Assembly (NCBI GenBank): GCA_046570105.1
Contig: JBKHVI010000003.1
Location: forward strand, 48,807 to 112,806
Length of the DNA: 64,000 nt
From: Bacteriovoracia bacterium
GTDB taxonomy: Bacteria; Bdellovibrionota; Bacteriovoracia; Bacteriovoracales; Bacteriovoracaceae
Reading direction: 5' to 3'
Made by a program: the position numbers and the translations under genes
The notes under the pieces: generated by a model
The model's database searches: none
What the model was told of the DNA's origin: nothing
What the model saw: only the letters and a program-made list of their open reading frames with translations
Part shown: one piece after another, positions 20,753 through 28,815 of the stretch
How the letters are laid out: each line of letters begins with the position of its first letter
How positions within the stretch are numbered: the first letter of the stretch is position 1

Positions 20753-21953
20753 GCAACAACTTGAAGAGTTTGTGAGCAAAAATTGGGAGACGATCAATCG
20801 TCAGCTCGATGAATGGCAAAATGAACTGGTTCAACCAATTTATTCAAGCGTAGATATCCGCGAGAGTTCGCACAAATACGCACCGGTTGATCATAATCTT
20901 TATCCGGCAGGCTTTAATAATATTTGCCAAAAAGATCTCAAACGCGCCTCTCAGTTGTTCAAAGATGCACTTGATAAAATTGCGCCAGGTACAAAGCGCG
21001 TCGCCCTTCTGCCTGAGTCACATACAAAGAACAAGTGGTATCTCGATAATGTTTATCACTTACGCCATACCCTAGAAGTGGCGGGCTTTGCCGTTGATGT
21101 CGTATCTCCTGACAAATCCCTCTTTGAAGAAGGACCTCTTTTAAAACTCGAATCTCAATCTGGACATGCCATTGAACTCATTCAAATTGAGGTAAGTGGT
21201 GATCAAGTGAAACGTGTCGACGGTGGTGTCACCGGATACGGTGCTATTATTCTTAATCACGATCAATCCATTCCTTTGAATATCGATTGGAAAAACGTTG
21301 CGATTCCTGTCATGCCATCACCATTTGCTGGCTGGACTCGCCGTCAAAAGAACAGTCACTTTAGTCACTACCAAAAAGTCGCTAATGCCTTTTGCGCCAA
21401 GTTTGATATTAACCCGGATCTCATTCAAGCGCGCTTTCGAGCGGTCGACGGGGTGGACTTTGAAACGAAAGAAGGAGTCGACAAGTTGGCTTCCGAAGTA
21501 GGAAGCCTGTTGGCCGAGTTACCAGCTGGCTCAAGTGTTTTTGCTAAGGCTTCTCAGGGAACTTACGGCATGGGGATTTCAGTCTTCACCAGTAAAGACG
21601 AAGTGCTGGCGATGAATCGCAAGACACGCAATAAAATGGACATCGGGAAAAACAACATTAAATTTACCAGCGTACTAGTGCAGGAAGGTGTTGAAACGAT
21701 CATTAAAGTTGAAGATGCACCAGCTGAGATCACCATGTATCTCATCAATGGTCGCGGCATGGGTGGATTCATGCGCTACAACCCCCAGCGCGGTACCAAT
21801 GCTAATCTCAACTCACAGGGCATGCTCTATCAGAAATTCTGTATCAGTGATATTTGCCAAGACACCGACACTCATTGCAAAGAAGCGGTCTATTGTATGA
21901 TCGCTCGCTTGTCTGTGTTAGCGGCTTCTAAAGAACTCAAAGAATTGCATTAA
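20736..21953 (+). CDS. gshA: Glutamate--cysteine ligase (ATP-grasp-type GshA family)
   Basis: PIYSSVDIRES..K.APVD.NLYPAGFNN, PESHTKN.WY, GTYGMGI, QEGV, GGFMR, NLNSQG; ATG 20736 after GGAG. Confidence 0.85.
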   Translation: MSIQTKQQLEEFVSKNWETINRQLDEWQNELVQPIYSSVDIRESSHKYAPVDHNLYPAGFNNICQKDLKRASQLFKDALDKIAPGTKRVALLPESHTKNKWYLDNVYHLRHTLEVAGFAVDVVSPDKSLFEEGPLLKLESQSGHAIELIQIEVSGDQVKRVDGGVTGYGAIILNHDQSIPLNIDWKNVAIPVMPSPFAGWTRRQKNSHFSHYQKVANAFCAKFDINPDLIQARFRAVDGVDFETKEGVDKLASEVGSLLAELPAGSSVFAKASQGTYGMGISVFTSKDEVLAMNRKTRNKMDIGKNNIKFTSVLVQEGVETIIKVEDAPAEITMYLINGRGMGGFMRYNPQRGTNANLNSQGMLYQKFCISDICQDTDTHCKEAVYCMIARLSVLAASKELKELH

Positions 21954-21965
21954 CAAGGAAATTTT

Positions 21966-23129
21966 ATGGCCAAGAAAACTAAACCAGCTGCTTTTTCAAC
22001 TCGCGCGATTCATGTTGGCGGAGAACCTGATCCAACAACAGGCGCAATCATGCCGCCTATCTATCAAACATCTACCTATGTTCAAAGTTCTCCAGGTGAA
22101 CACAAAGGTTACGAATACACTCGTACGCATAACCCGACTCGTACACGCTTAGAAGAATGCTTGGCCTCTCTCGAAGGTGCTGACCATTGCTTAGTCGCTT
22201 CTTCAGGTCTTGCGGCTTCAACTCTCATCATGCACGCTCTTCCTGCCAAGAGTAAGATTCTCTGCGGTGATGATGTGTATGGTGGAACTTATCGTTTGTT
22301 CACCAAGGTTTTCCAAGACATTCATCAAATTGAATTTGCCGATACTACCGATCTTAAATCTCTCGGTGCAAAAATTCTTAAATTCAAACCAGCTCTCGTA
22401 TGGCTTGAAACACCCACAAATCCAATGTTGAAAATTTCAGACATTGCTGCTGTGGTGAAACTTGCCAAAAAAGTGAAGGCGCTCGTCGTTGTCGATAACA
22501 CCTTCATGAGCCCTTACTTTCAAAACCCCATCGCTCTCGGTGCAGATATTGTGGTTCACTCCATGACCAAATATATCAATGGTCACTCTGATGTGGTGGG
22601 TGGAGCTTTGATGATTAACAAAGGCGCCTTCTATGAACGTTTGCGCTTCTTGCAAAATGCCGCCGGCCCATGCTTGGCCCCGTTTGATTCTTGGCTCGTG
22701 CTACGTGGAGTTAAAACCCTTGCGGTGAGAATGGAAGCGACCGCTAAGAACGCGCAGAAAGTCGCCGAGTACCTTGAGAAACATCCGAAAGTGAAAAGCG
22801 TTATCTACCCCGGCCTCAAATCTCATCCGCAACATGCTATTGCTAAAAAACAAGCCAGTGGCTTTGGCGGGATGATTACTTTCTTCATTGACGGTGGCAT
22901 CAAAGAATCGCGCGCGTTTTTAGAAAATGTAAAATTGTTTGCCTTGGCAGAAAGCTTGGGTGGTGTTGAAAGTCTCGTCGAACATCCGGCCATCATGACT
23001 CATGCTTCGATTCCCGCCAATATCCGCAAGCAGCTAGGGATCCATGATAATTTGATTCGTTTGAGTGTAGGTATTGAGCATATCGATGATTTGCTCAATG
23101 ACCTCGATGTGGCATTTAAGAAAGTTTAA
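21966..23129 (+). CDS. Cystathionine gamma-lyase/synthase family PLP enzyme
   Basis: PPIYQTSTY, YTRTHNPT, ETPTNP, VDNTF, HSMTKYINGHSD (PLP lysine), AESLGGVESL. Confidence 0.95.
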   Translation: MAKKTKPAAFSTRAIHVGGEPDPTTGAIMPPIYQTSTYVQSSPGEHKGYEYTRTHNPTRTRLEECLASLEGADHCLVASSGLAASTLIMHALPAKSKILCGDDVYGGTYRLFTKVFQDIHQIEFADTTDLKSLGAKILKFKPALVWLETPTNPMLKISDIAAVVKLAKKVKALVVVDNTFMSPYFQNPIALGADIVVHSMTKYINGHSDVVGGALMINKGAFYERLRFLQNAAGPCLAPFDSWLVLRGVKTLAVRMEATAKNAQKVAEYLEKHPKVKSVIYPGLKSHPQHAIAKKQASGFGGMITFFIDGGIKESRAFLENVKLFALAESLGGVESLVEHPAIMTHASIPANIRKQLGIHDNLIRLSVGIEHIDDLLNDLDVAFKKV

Positions 23130-23755
23130 GGCGTTTTAGTTTCTACAGCAGTGCCTGGCGCAACAACCGGTGTAACCGGAGCGACAGGTGCTGCTTTTTC
23201 CACTTCCACAACAGCTTCTTTGCCACCCTTCTCGAAGATATTGGCAACCTGAGTGTAGCGACTGAACATGATCTCATCAGTGAGATAGCGCTCAAGTAAC
23301 AAGTAAGAGCAGTAGATACGGCCATGCGGAGTCCCGAGGCTATCACGATCACCTTCAGCAAAAATCAAACCATCGTCTTGCAGCACATCGACGAGATCAA
23401 AGTATTGGCCACAGAAGTTAGACGTATTTTTTGATTTATCCGGCTTCACGCAGCTATCAGTTTTTTTAGCGACGTCTGTTCCAGTAGCAGAGGCGACCTT
23501 AATGTGTACAGGCTCGCGACAAACATCAATCGTCCATTCTTTCGGAAGATAGCGACGATACTGAATATTTATCAGACAGCCTTTTTTCTCAATGGTGAGT
23601 TCGTGAGGCAAAAGACCAAATAAAGGTCCTCGGTGAGAAATTTTTGTTTTGTAATTTGCGTCCAAGCAAGATTTTGGCATGAAGCGAGTAAGCGCCTCAG
23701 CCGAAGTCGACACCATCAAAACCAGAAACAGAAAACTAAACTTGCTGAATAGCAT
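23126..23755 (-). CDS. Hypothetical secreted Cys-containing protein
   Basis: Signal peptide ending AEA; six Cys; Pro/Val/Ala-rich tail. Confidence 0.7.
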   Translation of the reverse strand: MLFSKFSFLFLVLMVSTSAEALTRFMPKSCLDANYKTKISHRGPLFGLLPHELTIEKKGCLINIQYRRYLPKEWTIDVCREPVHIKVASATGTDVAKKTDSCVKPDKSKNTSNFCGQYFDLVDVLQDDGLIFAEGDRDSLGTPHGRIYCSYLLLERYLTDEIMFSRYTQVANIFEKGGKEAVVEVEKAAPVAPVTPVVAPGTAVETKTP

Positions 23756-24905
23756 GACGGTGAACCTCCATCATCACGGCCGTCGCATCTTTTGCGAGGA
23801 AATCTCCGGATGACTCTTTTTTCAATTGAAAGAACAATTCCATTAACAGCTCAGACCCAGGCAAGGATTTTTGAGACTCAATAAAAGCCCCTCGCTCGAC
23901 CGCAGTATGTGCCTCATTCCAATTAAATATGAAGCCAGGAGAGAAAACAACGACTTTCTCCCCTCGATTGAGTCGAAAGCTAAAGCGAGACTCTTCTAAA
24001 CGATTAATATCAAATCCATTCAAGCGAGGCAGCGCATAGAGACCATTTTCCTGACTGAACAGCTCGAACGTCCCAAAGGCAAATCCTTCACATTGCAGAG
24101 TATGCTGCTCAATCTTCAAGAGCATAATCTGTACATCGACCTGTTTCTTTTTATTTGCATTGATAGCACTGATTTCTAGCGCAGCTTCCTGAATAAAGAG
24201 CTGAGCATCAAAGCCAGCTGGACCGCCCTTGTACTTGTTCAGAAGGCCCATCAAACAGCTTGAAGCCAGGTAAGACGAGGTGTGAACAAAGATCAGATGG
24301 GCCTGGGTCTGCCCTCTTATGACATCGAAATACTCTGAACCAGGTCCCTCACCCACCGCATACTTACTTAAAAGCTGCATCGCCTTGAAGTCTTCAATTC
24401 TTTTAGGAATGACTCCCTCATGAATCTTTTTCGCCTTCATCATCTCAGACTGAGCGCCACGAATAAGCTCATCCATTTCCTGACTAAAGCGCACCATCTG
24501 TTCTTTGAAGCTGATACGCTCTTGGCGTTGACGCCAAAAATAGAGCAATTGATTGCGCAGTAAACCCCACTGAGCGGGCGCCATGGAAAGTGTTTGTACG
24601 GAAATGACTTTATCTGAGAGCGCTAAAACTTTTTGCAGCCACTCTTCCCAATCCTTTTGCACCAACGCAGGCATGAACATAATCACAGCGCTATGAGTGT
24701 TAAGCAGGGACAAAAAATCATCATTCACAGCAATTTGGCTCATTGAAGGTACATCAATTAACAATGCATCCGATCTTCCTTCGAGAGGAGACTTCATAAA
24801 TGCATCAGGAGTAATCACTTCGAGATGAGGAAAGAACTCCTCAAGATCAAGTTTATGTTGCTGCATGGCCGGCAGCAGTCGGTTGTGTAAATCAATAATT
24901 CTCAT
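23736..24905 (-). CDS. Hypothetical protein with degenerate SpoIIE/PP2C-like C-terminal domain
   Basis: Coiled coil then AKKIHEGVIP, GSEYFDV, LNRGEKVVVFSPG, KDATAVMMEV, which mirror the SpoIIE layout with catalytic Asp residues missing. Confidence 0.55.
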   Translation of the reverse strand: MRIIDLHNRLLPAMQQHKLDLEEFFPHLEVITPDAFMKSPLEGRSDALLIDVPSMSQIAVNDDFLSLLNTHSAVIMFMPALVQKDWEEWLQKVLALSDKVISVQTLSMAPAQWGLLRNQLLYFWRQRQERISFKEQMVRFSQEMDELIRGAQSEMMKAKKIHEGVIPKRIEDFKAMQLLSKYAVGEGPGSEYFDVIRGQTQAHLIFVHTSSYLASSCLMGLLNKYKGGPAGFDAQLFIQEAALEISAINANKKKQVDVQIMLLKIEQHTLQCEGFAFGTFELFSQENGLYALPRLNGFDINRLEESRFSFRLNRGEKVVVFSPGFIFNWNEAHTAVERGAFIESQKSLPGSELLMELFFQLKKESSGDFLAKDATAVMMEVHRHAIQQV

Positions 24906-24912
24906 GGCTAAC

Positions 24913-24939
24913 TTTTCGGGTGTTTAACCAATTACCTTA
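24913..24939 (-). promoter_or_regulatory. Putative sigma28 (FliA) promoter
   Basis: TAAGGTAA-N11-CCCGAAAA, 7 nt before the ATG at 24905. Confidence 0.5.
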
Positions 24940-24966
24940 GCATTTTCAGATACTTATCTTTAGTAC

Positions 24967-24993
24967 TCAATTTTTAATCCCAACCGCCGACAA
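24967..24993 (+). promoter_or_regulatory. Putative sigma28 (FliA) promoter
   Basis: TCAATTTT-N11-GCCGACAA upstream of the HD-GYP gene. Confidence 0.65.
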
Positions 24994-25050
24994 GTCCTTC
25001 TACATGGGGACATATGTGGCCCCTCTCATGTTGATTTTGGGAATTACGTA

Positions 25051-25776
25051 ATGAAGAAAACCAACAACGTCTTTCAAATACCGAGCTTCACAACGGCACA
25101 AGCTATTCTTACGCTTGCAGCTGAAGGCGAAAGACTTAAGGTTGAAAATCAGAAGATGGCCGAAATGATGGCCAGAACTATTCTTAAAGCTCTCGACTGC
25201 AAAGATCACTATACTTTCGGGCACAGCATGCGTGTGGCCTATTTCTCTCTTGTCACTGGCAAGGAGCTAGGTTTGTCGGACGAAGAAATGAAGGAACTAG
25301 AACTTTCAGCTATCTTCCACGACATTGGAAAGATTGGAACCCCAGATCAGGTGCTCAACAAACCGAGTCGCCTAACAGAAGAAGAGTTCTTGGTGATGAA
25401 ACAACACCCAGAACAGTCTTATGAAATTCTGAAGGAATATCCCATCTTTGAAAAGATCGCACTCAATGCTCGCTATCATCACGAACGTTACGACGGTCGT
25501 GGTTACCCGGAAGGGATGAAAGGCGAGGAGATTCCACTCTTCGCCCGCATCATTCTGATTGCTGATACTTTCGATGCGATGACTTCGACTCGTCCTTACC
25601 GCAAAGGTTTGGACTATAGTGTCGCCTATGAAGAATTGAATCAATTCTCAGGAACACAATTTGATCCAAAATGTGTCAAAGCTTTCATTGCGGGAATGGC
25701 GAAAGAAGCCACCAAAGGTGAAGAGGAATTTTTCATTCCCCTTCTCGATCGCAAATTCACTAAGAATGCAGCTTAG
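25051..25776 (+). CDS. HD-GYP cyclic-dinucleotide phosphodiesterase
   Basis: YTFGHSMRV, FHDIGK, HP, HHERYDGRGYP, ADTFDAMTSTRPYRK all intact. Confidence 0.93.
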   Translation: MKKTNNVFQIPSFTTAQAILTLAAEGERLKVENQKMAEMMARTILKALDCKDHYTFGHSMRVAYFSLVTGKELGLSDEEMKELELSAIFHDIGKIGTPDQVLNKPSRLTEEEFLVMKQHPEQSYEILKEYPIFEKIALNARYHHERYDGRGYPEGMKGEEIPLFARIILIADTFDAMTSTRPYRKGLDYSVAYEELNQFSGTQFDPKCVKAFIAGMAKEATKGEEEFFIPLLDRKFTKNAA

Positions 25777-25779
25777 ATT

Positions 25780-26985
25780 TTACTGACAGAAACCGGTTTT
25801 GGTACCGGCAGTGATTCTTTCTTTTTGCATCCAAATACAAGCTTTATCCGTCTGGAACACGCTATCAGGATAACATTCCTTAGGCTTGGTCGTTCCTTTC
25901 AGTGAGCTATAGTTTTGTTCGCAAACGCGATAGCTCGCTCCATCCACACAGGCCCAATGTTTACCGCGACAGTTATAAACAAGACCGCGCCCGAAGTTTT
26001 CATATTCAGGTGGTTCAATATAGGCCGCCCCAGTGGCAGGTACACTGTCTTTTTTATCCTGAATTTGCTTCTCTAAATCTTTCAAGATCTGTTCAGTCAT
26101 ATCTGGATTGTCAGTCGCAGGTTGCCCATCAGTCACTTGATCTGTTCCTGAAGCTTCTTCTCCACCCACTTTCGGCTCAGTATTCTCTGGCGGAATTAAA
26201 TCTGGTGCCGGCTCGACAAAATTATCTGGAGCGGTGGCTTCGATAGGAGCCGAGTCTTCAGAAATCGGCGTCTCATCTCCAATCGGTTCAACAGGGATAT
26301 CCACACTCTCCACTGGAGGTGGGACTTGTTCTGGTGGAGCGTCTACCACCGGCTCAACTGGCGGAGGAGGAGTATCAGTAGGTGCAGCAACTGTCGGCTC
26401 AGTTGGAGGTGTCACAGCTGGATCAACCGGTGCCGGTTCTACTGGCGCGGTATCAACTGGTGCCGCTACAACAGGATCAGTGGGTGCTGTAGGATCAACC
26501 GGAGCCGCTCCTTCTGCTGGTGGAGCTGCATCTGGTGAAGCGGAAGCAGCCTCCCCCGGAGGAGGACGTTTTTTCTTATTTTTCTTCACTGGTGGATCAA
26601 CCGGAAGCTCTTCAGCGACCTCAGTGGGTTCTTCTGTTGGATTCAAATAATCGTAAGCAAAATAAAGTGCGCCCAAGACCAATGCAATACGAATTATTTT
26701 TTGGCGCTGATCATTTGCGCCGGGCGCTTTCACTCCAATATCCGTCTTATCACCAGACGATGCAGCTTTGGCTGAAGGCTTGTTGAGAACTTTTGCTAAG
26801 AACGGTAACTGTTTAGCGAGAGCTTGTTTCCATTTTGGCTGATCTGCTTCAGCAAGCTCATCAACTTCTTCTATGCCTGTTGAATCTTCATCAGAAGAAA
26901 CTTCTTCCGATTCTTCAACTTCTTCATCAGTTTCTTCTTCATTATTTTTGGCAGAACGAGACAAGAAAGGAATCTTTCCCTTCAA
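25780..26985 (-). CDS. Single-pass membrane protein with Pro-rich linker and Cys-rich C-terminal domain
   Basis: Acidic N-terminus, TM IALVLGALYFAY, PVDP/PVEP repeats, C-terminal domain with six Cys; true start may be 27018. Confidence 0.8.
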   Translation of the reverse strand: MKGKIPFLSRSAKNNEEETDEEVEESEEVSSDEDSTGIEEVDELAEADQPKWKQALAKQLPFLAKVLNKPSAKAASSGDKTDIGVKAPGANDQRQKIIRIALVLGALYFAYDYLNPTEEPTEVAEELPVDPPVKKNKKKRPPPGEAASASPDAAPPAEGAAPVDPTAPTDPVVAAPVDTAPVEPAPVDPAVTPPTEPTVAAPTDTPPPPVEPVVDAPPEQVPPPVESVDIPVEPIGDETPISEDSAPIEATAPDNFVEPAPDLIPPENTEPKVGGEEASGTDQVTDGQPATDNPDMTEQILKDLEKQIQDKKDSVPATGAAYIEPPEYENFGRGLVYNCRGKHWACVDGASYRVCEQNYSSLKGTTKPKECYPDSVFQTDKACIWMQKERITAGTKTGFCQ

Positions 26986-27081
26986 TTGTTCAAGCTGCTC
27001 TTTGAGTTTATCGATGATAACTCACCCCAAGTTTGCTCTTTCTTATTATATCACCTAGACTTAAGTATAAGGGAGGATGTC

Positions 27082-27777
27082 ATGATGCTCAATGCAAACG
27101 CGTCTTTAGATGTCCTTCACCCCCCAATAATTAATGCTGAAAAGGCGATTCCTGTGATGGACGATGGGGTCACCAAGTTCAAACTTACCCTAAAAAGGGC
27201 CCCGGCCCCCCAGGCCACTGAGGTCATTCCCCTCGAGAAATGGCGTGCTATCCTCTGGCGATTACGTATGGTCGGTGAGTATCCGAATGAAAAGATCGGT
27301 TACGGAAATCTCTCAGTGAGGCTGCCCCTATCTAAAGGTGGATTTTTGATTACCGGGACCCAGACCGGCAACAAACCCCATCTTCGACGGGAACATTATG
27401 CCCGGGTCGTGGGTTGTGACCCACAAAAAAATATCGTCAAAGCCGAAGGTGCCATTGGCCCTTCGAGCGAGAGCCTTACTCATTTTGCAATCTATGAATC
27501 TAATCCGCAGATTGGCGCGATCTTTCATATTCATCACCAAGTTATTTGGCAAAAAATGATCGATCAGAAAGCTGAATCAATTGATGAAACAATAGCCTAC
27601 GGCACGAAAGAAATGGCGGAAGCAGCTCGCGAAACCATTCAAGGTAAAGAACAAGGCGTGTTTGTGATGAAGGGCCATCAAGACGGCATCATTGCCTATG
27701 GTGCCAACCCTGAAGCGGCTGGAAAAATTCTACTTAAACTCTATCGCGAGCTGGGGCCACAAGGGGAAGTGCTTTAA
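27082..27777 (+). CDS. Class II aldolase/adducin family protein
   Basis: GNLSVR, FLITGT, PSSESLTH, AIFHIH, GHQDG; start at 27082 or 27157 (MDDGV). Confidence 0.85.
   Translation: MMLNANASLDVLHPPIINAEKAIPVMDDGVTKFKLTLKRAPAPQATEVIPLEKWRAILWRLRMVGEYPNEKIGYGNLSVRLPLSKGGFLITGTQTGNKPHLRREHYARVVGCDPQKNIVKAEGAIGPSSESLTHFAIYESNPQIGAIFHIHHQVIWQKMIDQKAESIDETIAYGTKEMAEAARETIQGKEQGVFVMKGHQDGIIAYGANPEAAGKILLKLYRELGPQGEVL
27766..27774. repeat. Target-site duplication, left copy (GAAGTGCTT)
   Basis: Identical to 28816-28824 and abuts the IS terminus. Confidence 0.9.
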
Positions 27778-28815
27778 ACTGCCCCCTTATAATGGTGTTA
27801 ACTCAGGGGGCAGTAGCCTCTGATTATAAAACCACGCGAAAATTTCCAAATGGTCTTTTAGCCTATCTACTCTTTTAGTTGTATTCCATGTTTTACGTAT
27901 CAATCGACTTACATTTGCACGCAACATAGCGCATGAATGGTTCACCGTGAAGATCGGATCAAAGCCTCCTTTTTTTAGTTCACCTTGTCCTGCCACTGTT
28001 GCACGTTCACTTTTGTAAGTTAGATGTTTCGCCTGTGGCAGATGCTTTCTAATCACAGCACCATAGCGCTGATGTTCATCACTTTTTATCACTGCGTGTG
28101 AATGTATGAACGGCGCCATTTCCTTGAACATTCGTTCAAGAGAATCCGGATGCTCATCTGCTCGCTTACCATATTTTTTTACCGCTAATTTCGCTAAATG
28201 CCCAAATGCTGGAATTCTTGCAACCTCTAACGCCAGAATTCTCCTTGTTCCACTTTCAACCATCATCGTCACCGCCAGCGGCTTAAGCTTGGAGTTTTCT
28301 TTCGTGATCAAATCATCAAGCTGCACTTCTCTAATGGTACCTCGCCTTCTTTCGCAGTAACGACGATTTAGGCGTCCATATTTTTTGCCAAGAAACGCCA
28401 GCTTGCGCTCAACAGTCTTACGGTTCACGCGCAAGATCCAGGCACTTCGCCGCAAAGACACATTCGACGAAAGAAGCTTTGCTAGAGGTGAGTTGATTCG
28501 CCGCTTTTTCTGTCGATAAGTAGGTGTATTTGTCGCGAGAGAAAAGCGCGCCCCACATGAACGACAGCGAAGCCGTTGGATGAGTTTGCTATCCTCCTGT
28601 CGTTTGAAATATCCATCGCGAATGATATTTCCAGGGCAACCGTTGAGATGATTAGGACATGTGTATTTCATGCCAAGTTAGTTGCAAGAAGTTGGGTAAA
28701 TTTTTGAAAGTTAATCTCTTGAAATTAAAAGGTTCGTTTCTCAACATCTGGAGAAAATTTCCATCAAAATGGAAAAAAACTCCCACAGGCAACACCACTC
28801 AAGTCGGGCAGTTTA
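27775..28815 (-). mobile_element. IS1-like insertion sequence (1041 bp)
   Basis: Terminal inverted repeats TAAACTGCCC (10/10 identical, 19/25 over 25 nt); flanked by a perfect 9-bp direct repeat; single transposase ORF. Confidence 0.9.
27787..28671 (-). CDS. IS1/IS1595-like transposase (Zn ribbon, HTH and catalytic domain in one frame)
   Basis: CPNHLNGC...RLRCRSC zinc ribbon; SLRRSAWILRVNRKTV HTH; VQLDD, IKSDE and VNHSCAMLRANVSRLIRKT...TK core. Confidence 0.85.
   Translation of the reverse strand: MKYTCPNHLNGCPGNIIRDGYFKRQEDSKLIQRLRCRSCGARFSLATNTPTYRQKKRRINSPLAKLLSSNVSLRRSAWILRVNRKTVERKLAFLGKKYGRLNRRYCERRRGTIREVQLDDLITKENSKLKPLAVTMMVESGTRRILALEVARIPAFGHLAKLAVKKYGKRADEHPDSLERMFKEMAPFIHSHAVIKSDEHQRYGAVIRKHLPQAKHLTYKSERATVAGQGELKKGGFDPIFTVNHSCAMLRANVSRLIRKTWNTTKRVDRLKDHLEIFAWFYNQRLLPPELTPL

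Noticed and set aside
26234..26650. 138-aa Gly/Ser/Thr-rich ORF on +
   Set aside because: It is the antisense mirror of the Pro-rich repeat coding region.
28671..28686. Sigma54 promoter TGCCAAG-N4-TTGCA on + inside the IS
   Set aside because: It lacks the invariant -24 GG and points away from the transposase.
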